A stretch of DNA of 38,809 nucleotides, taken from positions 1 through 38,809 of the forward strand of contig JAUCBJ010004064.1 in assembly GCA_032718475.1 (NCBI GenBank), given 5' to 3'. A model generated the notes under the pieces. That model did not search any database. It had not been told where the DNA came from and worked only from the letters and a program-made list of their open reading frames with translations. Within the stretch, counting starts at the first letter, position 1. Every line of letters begins with the position of its first letter. Below are positions 23,660 through 36,154 of this stretch, one piece after another. This stretch comes from Nemertoderma westbladi. Its lineage: Eukaryota > Animalia > Xenacoelomorpha. The position numbers and the translations under genes were made by a program.

Positions 23660-23830
23660 AGTTGGGTCTAGAGTGACGTATGCTGGAGGTGAGCGGCCTA
23701 CTGCGTTGTATAGTCGCAACTGGAAATGGTAGCTAGTTGGTCCCAGACTGAGAGAGGTGTTTGTGTTGGTAACAGGAAGAGAAATGTTGCGAGAAATGTT
23801 ACTGGTTACTCTTGGGTCAATGTAGGTTAG
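23660..23830 (-). CDS. FN3 receptor gene exon (most 5' intact exon found)
   Basis: TTTTTTTCTGTTCCAG acceptor, GTTAGT donor; LTYIDPRVTSN...LGPTSYHFQLRLYNAVGRSPPAYVTLDPT; 171 nt, phase 0/0. Not in the ORF track. Confidence 0.85.
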
Positions 23831-24179
23831 CTGGAACAGAAAAAAACGCTACATTTATAAGACATACGATAAAAGCTTGGAATAAGAAAGGAGTCTTTTC
23901 GTGACGTGGTGTAAACATTATGTACCGGTAACTTTAAAGATAATAATTTATTTTGCATTTTTTCAACTTTTCCAAAAGATGCAATTTTTGGAATTGTTCC
24001 AATCTTTTCAACTTGTATTTACGATATGTACATCCTTTTTAATTTATTTCAAAATTTCCCAAATTGCATTCTAATACACTTTTGAATTCACCGCTTTATT
24101 CGTAAATTTCAATTGGAAATTTGGATTTGAAAATATTGCAAATTTAATATTAATTATATTGCTTTGGTTAGATGAGCCC

Positions 24180-24475
24180 GCGATTGTAACCAGTTATTTC
24201 CCCTTCACTAATAAAGTTACCCTGCCAGGGTGTTGGTGACATTTTGACATAATAATGTTATCATTTCCACATAGAGGGTGGCGCGAAGGTGGAGTAGATC
24301 AGTTGGAGCGCCGGGACTACAATCCATTGGTTGTCGCCACTGCAGTAACAGTGTCCAACGAATATGTTGTTGTTACTGCAAGGTGATACTCTATTTATAG
24401 GAAGATGTTATAGGTATAACCTAAGGATCTCGTTCACTCTGCAGCCAGGACTCACAAGCAATACATTGGATCTAC
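24180..24475 (-). pseudogene. Decayed FN3-like exon
   Basis: Fragments EYHLAVTTTYS, PGAPTDL and EGEITGYN occur in different frames with stops; no GT donor where expected. Confidence 0.45.
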
Positions 24476-24749
24476 TGTAGAAAGGAACAAGCTCGGTTTA
24501 ATGGAAGCTTTCAGACTTACACCAACCTTAGATTACCAAAGAAGCACGATTACCAAGGCAATTAATAAAAGTTAACTACACAAACCCATTCCGCTCCATC
24601 GGATGTGTTAACAATTTCACGAACAATAACTTTTCGCGTTGAGTCCAGGTAAATTTCTACATTAACATCATTCATGCTTGTTACGTTTCATTAGGATGCC
24701 GTGGCTTCTTAATGGCATATAAATCATAACAATGGACTAGTGGTAGTGT

Positions 24750-25603
24750 AGTAAAGGGGCACGGACTAACTGGACGGATTCAGTAAAGGGGCATGGACTA
24801 ACTGGACGGATTCAGTAAAGTGGCATGGACTAACTGGACGGATTCAGTAAAGGGGCATGCACTAACTGGACGGATTCAGTAAAGGGGCATGGACTAACTG
24901 GACGGATTCATGGACTAACTGGACGGATTCAGTAAAGGGGCATGGACTAACTGGACGGATTCAGTAAAGGGGCATGGACTAATTGGACGGATTCAGTAAA
25001 GGGGCATGGACTAACTGGACGGATTCAGTAAAGGGGCATGGACTAACTGGACGGATTCAGTAAAGGGGCATGCACTAACTGGACGGATTCAGTAAAGGGG
25101 CATGGACTAACTGGACGGATTCAGTAAAGGGGCATGGACTAACTGGACGGATTCAGTAAAGGGGTATGGACTAACTGGACGGATTCAGTAAAGGGGCATG
25201 GACTAACTGGACGGATTCAGTAAAAGGGCATGGACTAACTGGACGGATTCAGTAAAGGGGCATGGACTAACTGGACGGATTCAGTAAAAGGGCATGGACT
25301 AACTGGACGGATTCAGTAAAGGGGCATGGACTAACTGGACGGATTCAGTAAAGGGGCATGCACTAACTGGACGGATTCAGTAAAGGGGCATGGACTAACT
25401 GGACGGATTCAGTAAAGGGGCATGGACTACCTGGACGGATTCAGTAAAAGGGGATGGACTAACTGGACGGATTCAGTAAAGGGGTATGGACTAACTGGAC
25501 GGATTCAGTAAGGGGGCATGGACTAACTGGACGGATTCAGTAAAGGGGCATGGACTAACTGGACGGATTCAGTAAAGGGGCATGTACTAACTGGACGGAT
25601 TAA
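24750..25603. repeat. 32-bp minisatellite (AGTAAAGGGGCATGGACTAACTGGACGGATTC), ~26 copies
   Basis: Contiguous near-identical units. Confidence 0.97.
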
Positions 25604-26266
25604 GTTTTTCGCTTCAATTTCTTATAGTGCTGTTAATACAAAGTCATCTCATATTCACAAATCTTAAATCATTTCATTCAAATATGCAAGTTAAACCATA
25701 TCTTAATAGAATATTAAATTGTGAAGAAGGTTACCGGCACTTTGTGGGAGTAGCTTTATAAGTTTATTCCACACTGTATTATTTATAATGCATTAATTTA
25801 ACGTACGTCTGCTGGTTATAAATATCCAACGGTTAAACATTTATTCCCCTACAAACTCATAACACAACCAAAACAAATAATAATAGGCATAGCACAGTAA
25901 CCCAATGTTACTAAAAAATAAATACAAATTAATCAATGTCAACTCAATGAAAAAATTTATAAATAAACAGATTAATAAGAAACAAATCGATTTCAGTTTG
26001 ACTTTTGGTATATATAAGTTCGTGGAAGAAAATAGTTAATTTAATAACCTGGAACGGTAATAACAATATTTAACAATAATTCGCCTCACAACAACATCTG
26101 TGAGTTGTTGGCCAACTGATTTGTACCAGTCAGTCAATTCGTTCATTGGCTGGTTTCTGGTTAAGTAGAATATGTTTATACCGCGATAGCAAATATTCGT
26201 TCGCACTTCCTAATATGGTGGTGGTGTGGGAGGGGGGGGGGGGGGGGGAAATTCTGTAAATACATG

Positions 26267-26338
26267 CCATGAAAGCTGCATAGCCTACTACAACTACATA
26301 CTGAATTTAGTAGGTAGTATGCTATGCAGCTTTCATGG
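26267..26338. other. 72-nt hairpin (25-bp arms, one mismatch)
   Basis: CCATGAAAGCTGCATAGCCTACTAC ... GTAGTATGCTATGCAGCTTTCATGG with a 22-nt loop. Confidence 0.85.
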
Positions 26339-27704
26339 TCGTAACTATAGTTAGGTTATACAGAGGCACGTTATTCTAATCCAAACAGTAAACGAAAGTC
26401 AATATAAAAGGTAACAGTTGTATTTTTAAGAATAAACAGCTGTTATTTGTGCTGATTTTGTCCTGGAGAAGGAGGAAACATGATTGCGTCTAGAGTCCCA
26501 CCCCCATGGCACAAAAGGTTATTAGTGACCAACCTATTTACCTATATTACTTAATAAACAACCTTTGCTATTTAACAGACTCACCTGTCTAACAATAAGA
26601 AAGACCGATTTTTGAAAATGTTGAAACTAAGAATTATGTATTGTTGCAATTAGGTTACTCTTTCAGGTTATTAAATAAAACTGTTTTTAATGCACCAAAA
26701 TTTAACAAAGAATGCTCGGTATTAAACTAACTTACACGGTTTATGATATTATGCACAATAGGTTAACCAACCGTGTTGGAAGGAAAACTTCAAATACAGT
26801 ATGTCCAGTCCAGAAGCAATAACAATGACATGCAGTTACTCAAACATTACAATTTTTGAGCAAGGCATGTGTTTGGATTTTCGTCGAATGACCACATAGT
26901 CTTAAGATAACTGCGTATAAATATGCGTACGAATTATCAAATACTTGCTTGAAAAGGAATAATAGTGTGAGTGTGTACCTTGTAGGATTTATCCCCCAAC
27001 CCATCTGTAGCCCTCGATTAAATTAAGCGCAAACAAAATTGAGTTAATAAAATATAATTAAATACAATCAAGCTATTCTTCTTAAGTTAAGTAAAACTTT
27101 ACAAAATGATGTTGTGAAATGTGATTATAGAATTATAGATTAGGCATAGGAAAATAATACACCATCGTAAAGTGTTACCAAAGCGTGGTTCATCTCTTAT
27201 ACGAATACAACAATATTAATATGTTAGCTGTAATATAATAATTAAAGAACAAAATACCAGTTATATTCATCGTATTGTATCAAGTTATGCGACTAAATTA
27301 GATTTTTAATTTTTTTTTAAATAGTATTTAATATTATCACCTAAATCTAAATGTTGGAGACGGGGAGGGGAGAGGGGGGGGGGGGGGGGGGGGGATATCT
27401 CGTCCCTATGTAAAAATATAAATTTAGAGAAAGGAGCAGGTTACTGTGACACGTAATTCTAACCAAAACAAGAAACTAAATAAAACCACTTCAATAGAAG
27501 AGAGTTTTATTTTTGGGAGTAATCAGCTGTTATGCGTCAAACCGCCCTCCCCTTCTCTATGAAATGGTTTTGAAAATTCTCAATATCATAACATTAAAAT
27601 ACTTTATAAAGCGAAATAGCGAGTGGAGTAAAAGAACCACGCTTTATACGATTCTACAATGTTGAGAAATGTAAAATAAATAAAGAGGTAAATAATTAAT
27701 CGTT

Positions 27705-28637
27705 TCAGTAAAGTAGAATCCGCTTCTCTACGGCTTTGCGGCATATCGGACACTCGTTCATTCGGTCGCCACACAGCTGACAGGCCCCGTGGCCGCACAG
27801 AAAGATCATGTTCTTTATCCGGTCGAGACAGACGGGACACATTGTCTGCTCCTTAATGTCCTGGAGCTGCTGCTCGAGCTTCCGTACGTCCGACGAGTTC
27901 TCCACGAGCAGGGCCCCGGGGGCCAACTGGTCGCCGGCGTCGGACCGCAGCTGGGCCGAGTTGTTGAGAGGCGCCACGTTGGATGGCGGCACAGCGGCGG
28001 CGTTTTGGGCGGCGCCGCAGCACACGGACAACGGGACCATGGCCTCGATCTCGGTGCGGCACTGGACGCACTTCTTCATGAGCACGGCGCAACCGTCGCA
28101 CGCGCACATGTGGCCGCAGGGCCGGAACAGGACGCAGGCCTTCCTGTCCGAACAGACGACACACTCCTCGATGGGCGTCCGACTGCGCACCGCCTCCTTA
28201 CAAATCAAACATTTCTTTACGCGCGAGGCACACAGCGAACACGTAGCAACGTGTCCGCACGGACCAATCAGAGTGTCCCGTTTCAGGTCGGAGCAGACCA
28301 TGCACTCATCCAGCCCTGCAGCAGCCTTCTCATTGCTATTCTTCTCCGGAGGCCCGTTGTAACTGTCGCTGTTCCGATCCTTGTGACACTTGACGAGCGC
28401 CTTGCACAGGTTAGGATCCGGACACAAGTCCAACGGGGTCTGGTTCTTTTTGTTCTTTATGTTGAGGTCGGCGCCGTTGGCCGCTAGGAAACACGCGATG
28501 GACGCGCTGGACTTTTTGTCCGCGCCCTGGGAACCCAGACCCATGAGCAGTTTACCCACGTCCTGCATATCCTGCAGCTGCCGCAGTTGGCTCAGGGTGT
28601 GGTGTCTGAGGGCCTCGTGTAGGGGGGTATCCCCGTC
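27705..28637 (-). CDS. mib1: mind bomb 1 exon 3 (last ankyrin repeats and three RING fingers)
   Basis: TTCTCCTAG acceptor; [26 protein letters not shown]...[44 protein letters not shown]. Confidence 0.96.
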   Translation of the reverse strand, partial: DGDTPLHEALRHHTLSQLRQLQDMQDVGKLLMGLGSQGADKKSSASIACFLAANGADLNIKNKKNQTPLDLCPDPNLCKALVKCHKDRNSDSYNGPPEKNSNEKAAAGLDECMVCSDLKRDTLIGPCGHVATCSLCASRVKKCLICKEAVRSRTPIEECVVCSDRKACVLFRPCGHMCACDGCAVLMKKCVQCRTEIEAMVPLSVCCGAAQNAAAVPPSNVAPLNNSAQLRSDAGDQLAPGALLVENSSDVRKLEQQLQDIKEQTMCPVCLDRIKNMIFLCGHGACQLCGDRMNECPICRKAVEKRILLY

Positions 28638-28755
28638 CTAGGAGAACAAATCGTTAATATAATTAGCATTTTAACATACGGCTTACCTCCCGGCGGGGAC
28701 TTCTCTTATTGGTAAAATTTAATTAGCAACGCGGTATATTAATATAGCAGCTTAC

Positions 28756-29703
28756 CTTATCCTGTATATCCAACCGACAGCCCTGTCTCACTAACAACCT
28801 CACTATCTGCGTATGTTGTCTCTCCACCGAGAGATGCAACGCCGACTGTAGGTTCCCATTCTGTATGTTCACGTCGGCCCTCCCCAGATGGACCAACAAC
28901 TCCGCGACCTCGCAATGATTATTCAACGAGGCCAGATGCAACGCGGTGTAGCCGTCGTCTTTAGGCTCGTCCACCACCCAGGCTCGCGGCAACTTAGCCA
29001 ATAGTATCCGAACAGCCGAGGGGTTGCCGCGCAACGCGGCGTGATGCAACGCGCAGAAGCCGTTGTTATTGGTGAGTCGCATATCGGCGTTGTAATCCAG
29101 GAGTAGTTGAATCATATCCTCTCGTTTCTTGCTGATGGCGTCGTGTAACGGAGTGTCGCCCTCGTTGTCCTGGAGACTGGGCAGCGCGCCCAGCACTAAC
29201 AGCTGCTTGACGACGCCCACGTGGCCCTTATTGACCCCGATATGGAGCGCGGTCTGTCTGCGTTTGTTCCGGGCGTTGAGGTCGGCCCCGGTGCGACTGA
29301 GCAGCTCGATGACTGCGGGCTCGTCCCCGAAGGCCGAGTGGTGCACGGCTCGGTCCCCGTCCCGATCCTCGATCTCCAACTCGACCCCGTGACGGATGAG
29401 TCCCCGCACGACCTCGATGTGGCCGTTCTGGGAGGCGGCTTGCAGCGCCGTGTGGCCCGCGAACACCCCGTTGGGGTCCGCGTCGCTCCGGCCCAACAAC
29501 TCCTCGACCCTCCCGCCGTCCCCGTTCGCCGCCGCTTTCACTAAATCCTCGTTAACGTCGCCCGTCACGTGCGTCTCGAATAGTTTCTTTAGCAGCGCCG
29601 AGAGTCTCTCGCTGCTGTTCGATGCGCTGGTAGCGCCCGCCTCTGAGTCCACACGACTAACGGCTCCCGGGTTGTAAGTCCAAGACGTTCCGCAAACTTC
29701 CAC
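28756..29703 (-). CDS. mib1: mind bomb 1 exon 2 (end of second Mib repeat and ankyrin repeats)
   Basis: [12 protein letters not shown]...[13 protein letters not shown]...; AG acceptor, GTAAGC donor; 948 nt, phase 0/0. Confidence 0.96.
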
Positions 29704-31524
29704 CTTTATAAGGGAAATAATAAAATAATTAACTAAGTCGTATAATTCACTCTTAATGCGAAATAATATCAAACTGAGAGGCAATTTAAACAGAAAACTA
29801 TCCTGGATGTCGGAAGAGCCGATGAACGGATGAACCTGTTACAAATACAGCGATGGAGCGGCATATTGATTATATCCATGTTTGGTCATTATTAAAAAAT
29901 CTAACAATAATTTTAGGCTGCAAGTTGTTCGATGTGAGGTTGGAATTGTTCACGTTGAATATTGCATTGATGTAACACTGACTGTATATATATATATTAT
30001 AAAAAGTTGTTTTACAGACTGGTATTACTTTACGGCATTACAGTGGTAGACGACCTACGAATAATATATACGACATTAAGGGGAGGGACATACAAGGGGG
30101 ACTTAACTTAACACCTATATATATAGAGGTAGTGAAGAAAAATTTAATAGCTGTTCATTGTGCTTATCAAATTCCCCTTAAAAAGAGCTTTCGAATGATA
30201 TATGTTTGTTTATAGATTTTGAAACAAAAATTGTTTTGACGAAAATCCCATCTTAAGTTTGGCCACTTTTAGTGATTGTTACCGGCTATAGGGGGAATAT
30301 AATATAATACTTCTAGATAGATACCAATTTAGTTTCCAGAGCAACGGAAATTTGTCTAATAATTGAACCATTTTTAATACCAATGTTGCTGTTACAATAT
30401 AAGGACCTTATTTACACAACTTCTCTACTAAACGGGTGGATGTAACCTCGCCAATCGGATTTATCGACCTCAAAAACCCTTATCCCCAAAAAATGTATTT
30501 GTTATATGATAAACTATTGTGCTTTTCAAACGAAAACAAATAAATAAATTACACCTAAAATCAATAGAGCAATCACATTTTAATTATGTGAAAAATCTTC
30601 ACTAACATTAATGGAAATTATGAAATTTCCCTGCAGTGGAAAATTGTATAATTATTTTACAACGGTTTCCTTAATATAACGTGAAGTTTTTGATATATTT
30701 AAAAATTTTATGCGACTTCTAGTTACCGAGATATAGCAATTAATGTGTAACACGCCAGTTTAAATATTACTAATTTCCCATTGAATCACAGCTTATTGTG
30801 AAATTAATTAAATTATTCTGGAACGTCACCAATTTGCCACTTACTTTTCCCTACTGTTCCTTTTGTTTGGCTTGTGTTAAGCAAATTTACGCAGAATTTC
30901 CATGAATAAACATATGATCCGCAAAATAAAATTATATAGACTTTTTTTGGTCATTTATAAGGTAATATAGAATCCAAAATATGTGGTTCGGATTAATTGC
31001 GAAATACTTATGGGTTTTTTGCTAGATTGACTTGACTATAAGTCATCTGATGATGTGGCAGATCTAAATAAGGAATACGATCAGAATCGACAGCATGGAG
31101 AATAACAAAGTATCAGGATTTATAGCTATAAAATAAATGTATAGTAAAAACAATTTTAATGAATGACAAAGTATCAGGATTGATAGCTATAAATGTATAG
31201 TAAAAAACAATAATGATGTTGATAATTAATGTTGAAATGGTGAAAATGTTGATAATTTGGAAATTTGTTTTTGAATTCTCCATTGTATTATACTGTATAT
31301 TGACTACTTTTTCTGTATCTGTTTTTGTGCTTTTATCCATTAAGTCTCATTTCAAACGTCATACTTATCTACTTTTACAGCTAATCTGCTAAAGAAATAT
31401 TTCGTTTTGAGGTTAACAATTGAGTGAAAGAATATGTAATATAATGTTGGATGATATTATCTTTCTGTTGTACAGTAAAATTTATTTTTGCAATTGATAA
31501 CAACCTTGTTGGTCCGACCGAGGT

Positions 31525-32955
31525 TGCATCATGTACCGAAGGGAAAACAACACCTTGTGGGGGTGCATCATGTACCGAAGGGAAAACAACACGTTGTGGG
31601 CGTGCATCATGTACCGAAGGGAAAACAACACCTTGTGGGGGGTGCATCATGTACCGAAGGGAAAACAACACCTTGTGGGGGTACATCATGTACCGAAGGG
31701 AAAACAACACCTTGTGGGGACACGTGCATCATTTACCGAAGGGAAAACAACACCTTGTGGGCGTGAATCATGTACCGAAGGGAAAACAACACCTTGTGGG
31801 CGTGCATCATGTACCGAAGGGAAAACAACACCTTGTGGGGACACGTGCATCATTTACCGAAGGGAAAACAACACCTTGTGGGCGTGAATCATGTACCGAA
31901 GGGAAAACAACACCTTGCGGGCGTGCATCATGTACCGAAGGGAAAACAACACCTTGCGGGCGTGCATCATGTACCGAAGGGAAAACAACACCTTGTGGGG
32001 GTGCATCATTTACCGAAGGGAAAACCACACCTTGCGGGCGTACATCATGTACCGAAGGGAAAACAACACCTTGTGGGCGTGAATCATGTACCGAAGGGAA
32101 AACAACACCTTGCGGGCGTGCATCATGTACCGAAGGGAAAACAACACCTTGCGGGCGTGCATCATGTACCGAAGGGAAAACAACACCTTGTGGGCGTGAA
32201 TCTTGTACCGAAGGGAAAACAACACCTTGCGGGCGTGCATCATGTACCGAAGGGAAAACAACACCTTGCGGGCGTGCATCATGTAACGAAGGAAAAACAA
32301 CACCTTGTGGGGGTGCATCATGTACCGAAGGGAAACAACACCTTGTGGGGGTGCATCGTGTACCAAAGGGAAAACAACACCTTGTGGGCGTGCATCATGT
32401 ACCGAAGGGAAAACAACACCTTGTGGGCGTGCATCATGTACCGAAGGGAAAACAACACCTTGTGGGCGTGCATCATGTACCGAAGGGAAAACAACACCTT
32501 GTGGGCGTGCATCATGTACCGAAGGGAAAACAACACCTTGTGGGGGTGCATCATGTACCGAAGGGAAAACAACACCTTGTGGGCGTGCATCATGTACCGA
32601 AGGGAAAACAACACCTTGTGGGCATGCATCATGTACCGAAGGGAAAACAACACCTTGTGGGCGTGCATCATGTACCGAAGGGAAAACAACACCTTGCGGG
32701 CGTGCATCATGTACCGAAGGGAAAACAACACCTTGTGAGCGTAGGTGTACGGACATTTCCGACCCGGACAATTCCGACCCATGAAAATTTAATTAGACCC
32801 TTGGCTTTGAATGGGTCGGAATTGTCCGGGTCGGAATTGTCCGGATCGCAATTGACCGGGTCGGAATTGTCCTAACTTCGTGGGCATGCATCATGTACCG
32901 TACAACACCTTGTGGGGGTGCATCATGTACCGCAGGGAAAACAACAGCTTGCATG
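31525..32955. repeat. 39-bp minisatellite (TGCATCATGTACCGAAGGGAAAACAACACCTTGTGGGCG), ~31 copies plus 2 degenerate units, in mib1 intron 1
   Basis: Seen directly; interrupted at ~32744-32878; generates the long spurious repetitive ORFs. Confidence 0.97.
32744..32878. mobile_element. Small MITE-like element built from inverted 15-bp subrepeats
   Basis: Two GGACAATTCCGACCC-like units face four GGGTCGGAATTGTCC-like units; the 39-bp array resumes after it. Confidence 0.65.
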
Positions 32956-33853
32956 GATGAACAATGTCTTAAAAAGGATTCGATAATAATAATTGGTAAT
33001 AAAAGACTTAAATTAATTGAAACAAAGGTTTGCCAAAAAGCTTTTGGAGAAGTTTTTTGGACTTTTTGGAGATACTGGGTTTTGGCATAAATCCAAATCC
33101 CAATATCTCCAAAAAGTTTCATACCAAAACCCAGTATCAACGACTATGCCTCATTTCATGAGTAATAATTAAATTCTTGGAAATAGATTCCTGTTTTTTA
33201 TTGGTTGGCTAAATTAACCAATGGCTTCCCTTGGTTCTGACAAATTTTGGGTTCATTTCATAGCTTTGATCATCAATCGCAGAAGGTCCAAAGTCTTTTG
33301 CGTTTTTCTCAAAATGAAAAATTTGGGGATACTGTGTTTTCGAATGAAAGGGCCGTGCAAGTGCGGAGCTATTTTGGATCGGCTAGCCTTTAGTGCGGAG
33401 GCTATAAGTTGAGCACCGGTGCTGAAATACATAAGCCGTTGTCATATGACCTCTATATGACACATATATATTTTTTGGGTTTGAGCACCAGTGCACAATC
33501 CGCACTGCACTAGTACCAGTGCGGATTGAGCGCCGGTGCTCAATATTTCCACTTATATATATGGCGGGATTTTTAAAATTCCCAAAGATTACCTATTATT
33601 TGATTTAGTTCATTAATTAATTAATTAATCGATAGTTAAGCAATAACTGTCTAATGTTTACTTTTTATATGTTAATGTATATTGCATGAGCAAATGTGCT
33701 GTTGTAACAATAACAATGTTATTTCATATTGTTTTACTTTCTGAATGTTTTTAAATTTTAAAACCCAAATGAATGATGGGGGGGGGGGGGGGGGTTGGGG
33801 TGGGGGTCGTTAAACTCTAGATTATCTACTACGCCCAGCCCATACACAAGCAT

Positions 33854-34160
33854 GGACCCAAGGGAGGGGAGGCTATGGGGCTACCCCCGGACCCAAGGGA
33901 GGGGAGGCTATGGGGCTACCCCCGGACCCAAGGGAGGGGAGGCTATGGGGCTACCCCCGGACCCAAGGGAGGGGAGGCTATGGGGCTACCCCCGGACCCA
34001 AGGGAGGGGAGGCTATGGGGCTACCCCCGGACCCAAGGGAGGGGAGGCTATGGGGCTACCCCCGGACCCAAGGGAGGGGAGACTATGGGGCTACCCCCGG
34101 ACCCAAGGGAGGGGAGGCTATGGGGCTACCCCCGGAACCAAGGGAGGGGAGGCTATGGGC
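33854..34160. repeat. 35-bp G-rich minisatellite (GGACCCAAGGGAGGGGAGGCTATGGGGCTACCCCC), ~9 copies
   Basis: Seen directly. Confidence 0.97.
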
Positions 34161-35020
34161 AGATGGGGCTAGTAAAATAATAAAAAAATTTGAAAATTTT
34201 TGATGAAATTCAAACCACTAACCCAGGACGGGAAGGAGCTAATGAGATGCGGTTTTTTCCAAGGTGGCTCTCCATTGTTTTATGATATTGAATTTGAGCA
34301 CCGGTGCCCAAAGACATTCCCACAAAATGTAATTAGCAAAAAGTAAATTGTTGAGCACCGGTGCACAATCCGCATTTGAGGAACTACACAGGAATGTTCA
34401 CCGGTGCAAAATCCGCACTAACTAAACGCCAATCCTCAAATACTGCCGCAGTCATGGAACAGCACGTGGTTGTTCACTGGTGCAAAATTCACAGTAACAA
34501 AGAACCAGTGGTTTCGGAGCCGCAGCTAACGTGTTAACAGTCTATACAAAAACCAATTCTTCTTTCCGATCTTGATAAATGCCTTCCCCACGCCCACACC
34601 ACCCCAATTCAATACAGTTTTTAACTTTAATACTTTTTCTTTACTTTTACTACTTTTACTTTAATATTTAGTTTATATAGATTTTATATACCAGGCAATA
34701 CAGACCCAAAACTAAACAAAAGATTAACCAATTTGCGTAATTTGCGTTACGTAATTTAAGGACCTTTTAAAATCACGTAACGCTTTTTTGTATGGACTAA
34801 TTTTGGACAGGCTATATAGTTTATTCCCATTGGCAGCTCAAATATGATGCTATGATAATGACTGAGATTGCCACTGAATGCCATTCCATCTCCACCAGAT
34901 GAACTTAAAGTTTTTAGATTGGGCATTGTAGGGTTTCAACCACGATCGATTTTCAACTGATGTTGATTTCAACTGATTGAAGAAGAAACTTTAAGTAAAT
35001 TAGAAAGGTTAGCGACTCAC

Positions 35021-36154
35021 CTTTAGGTCCCCGTCGTGGTATATCTGCTGGATCCTTCCGATCTTCCCCAAAGTTGGCGCCATCGCCTCAGCCCACTCGC
35101 CATGCCCTCGTTGGAGGGATTTAATGCGATCGAGGTCCCCGCAGACCAAGACGAGGTCCCCCACCGAGTAGACGGCCCCCTGCTGGCCGACAGGGGGAGC
35201 CGAGGGGGGCTCCTCGGTGGAGGGCGCCGACGCCTTGGTCAGCACGGCCGGGTTGAACGTCCAGCGGTTGCCGCTGGGGTAGGAGACCACCACGTCGGAG
35301 TCCTCATCCACTCCGACTACCACTCCGGTCGTCGCCAACGTCTCGTACATCCCGTCCGTCCAGCCCCCGTGCCCGTGCTGCAGACTCTGCACGACCTCCA
35401 GCTCCAGGTCTATGTGCACCGGGTCGCCCACCTGGTAGACCGAGGCGACGCCAGCCGAAGATACGCCCCCCGGTTCCCCTAACGACGGGAGGTGATCCCG
35501 GTAGAAACATCCGCCCTTCCCGTCGCTAACCGCCTTTAGGTCCGACATTCCTTCAAATCCAACCCGGTAAAGATTCTTGGAGCCGTTGTCCCAGACGACG
35601 TAGGCCGCAGACCGGGGGTTCCCCCCACTCCAGTCCTGCAACTCGGTGACCTTCCCCCGCCTTCCGTTCCCCCCGTCCTGGTCCTCCCATTGCCAGTCTA
35701 CCCCCCGCACAACCCGAGCCCCGGGGAAGATACCTCTTCCAACGATCTTCTTGGACTTCCGACGCTGTTCCATCAGCTGCTTATCGTCCGACGTTGGATT
35801 CGTTAACCGGAAGAAGCGGTGACGTAGACTGTGCTTGTCGCTATGGTAACATGCACTGCACAGGTCGTAGTTGGAGCACTCGGCGCATTTCCAGCGGATC
35901 CCGTATATCGGTTGCATCCGACACGTGTCGCACATAGTGGATTCATGTTTAATCCCGGTGGGGGCGCTGTCGTACTGGCGCAGATCGAAGGCCCCCGCGC
36001 ACCGGTAGTTGGCGGCAGTACCGTTGTCCCAGACAACCACAACTTCCTCTGGGGACTCGAAACTTCTCACTGTTCCCAGATGGCCCTCCCCTCCATCTTG
36101 TTTGCACCACTTCCAATCGACTCCACGAACAACCCGACACCCCACTCCCTCCAT
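35021..36154 (-). CDS. mib1: mind bomb 1 exon 1 (Mib/HERC2, ZZ zinc finger, Mib/HERC2, Mib repeats)
   Basis: [16 protein letters not shown]...[11 protein letters not shown]; ZZ finger CDTC...CAEC...CSAC; GTGAGT donor; in-frame stop shortly upstream of the ATG; joined CDS 378+316+310 = 1004 aa. Confidence 0.96.

Noticed and set aside
27789-29677. Plus-strand and alternate-frame ORFs over mib1 exons (also 35036-36178)
   Set aside because: Shadow ORFs of GC-rich coding sequence with no recognisable motifs.
30070-31000. Possible DNA transposon relic in mib1 intron 1
   Set aside because: Composition is suggestive, but I could not identify TIRs, a TSD or a coding remnant.
31048-31054. Additional CTGATGA (also near 696 within the RTE RT)
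   Set aside because: No stem II plus GAAA or pairing substrate strand nearby.
31381-33140. Long repetitive ORFs (up to 474 aa)
   Set aside because: Products of a 39-bp (multiple of 3) minisatellite that is open in several frames, inside a mib1 intron.
33795-34203. Gly/Pro-rich ORFs in three frames
   Set aside because: Translation of the 35-bp minisatellite.
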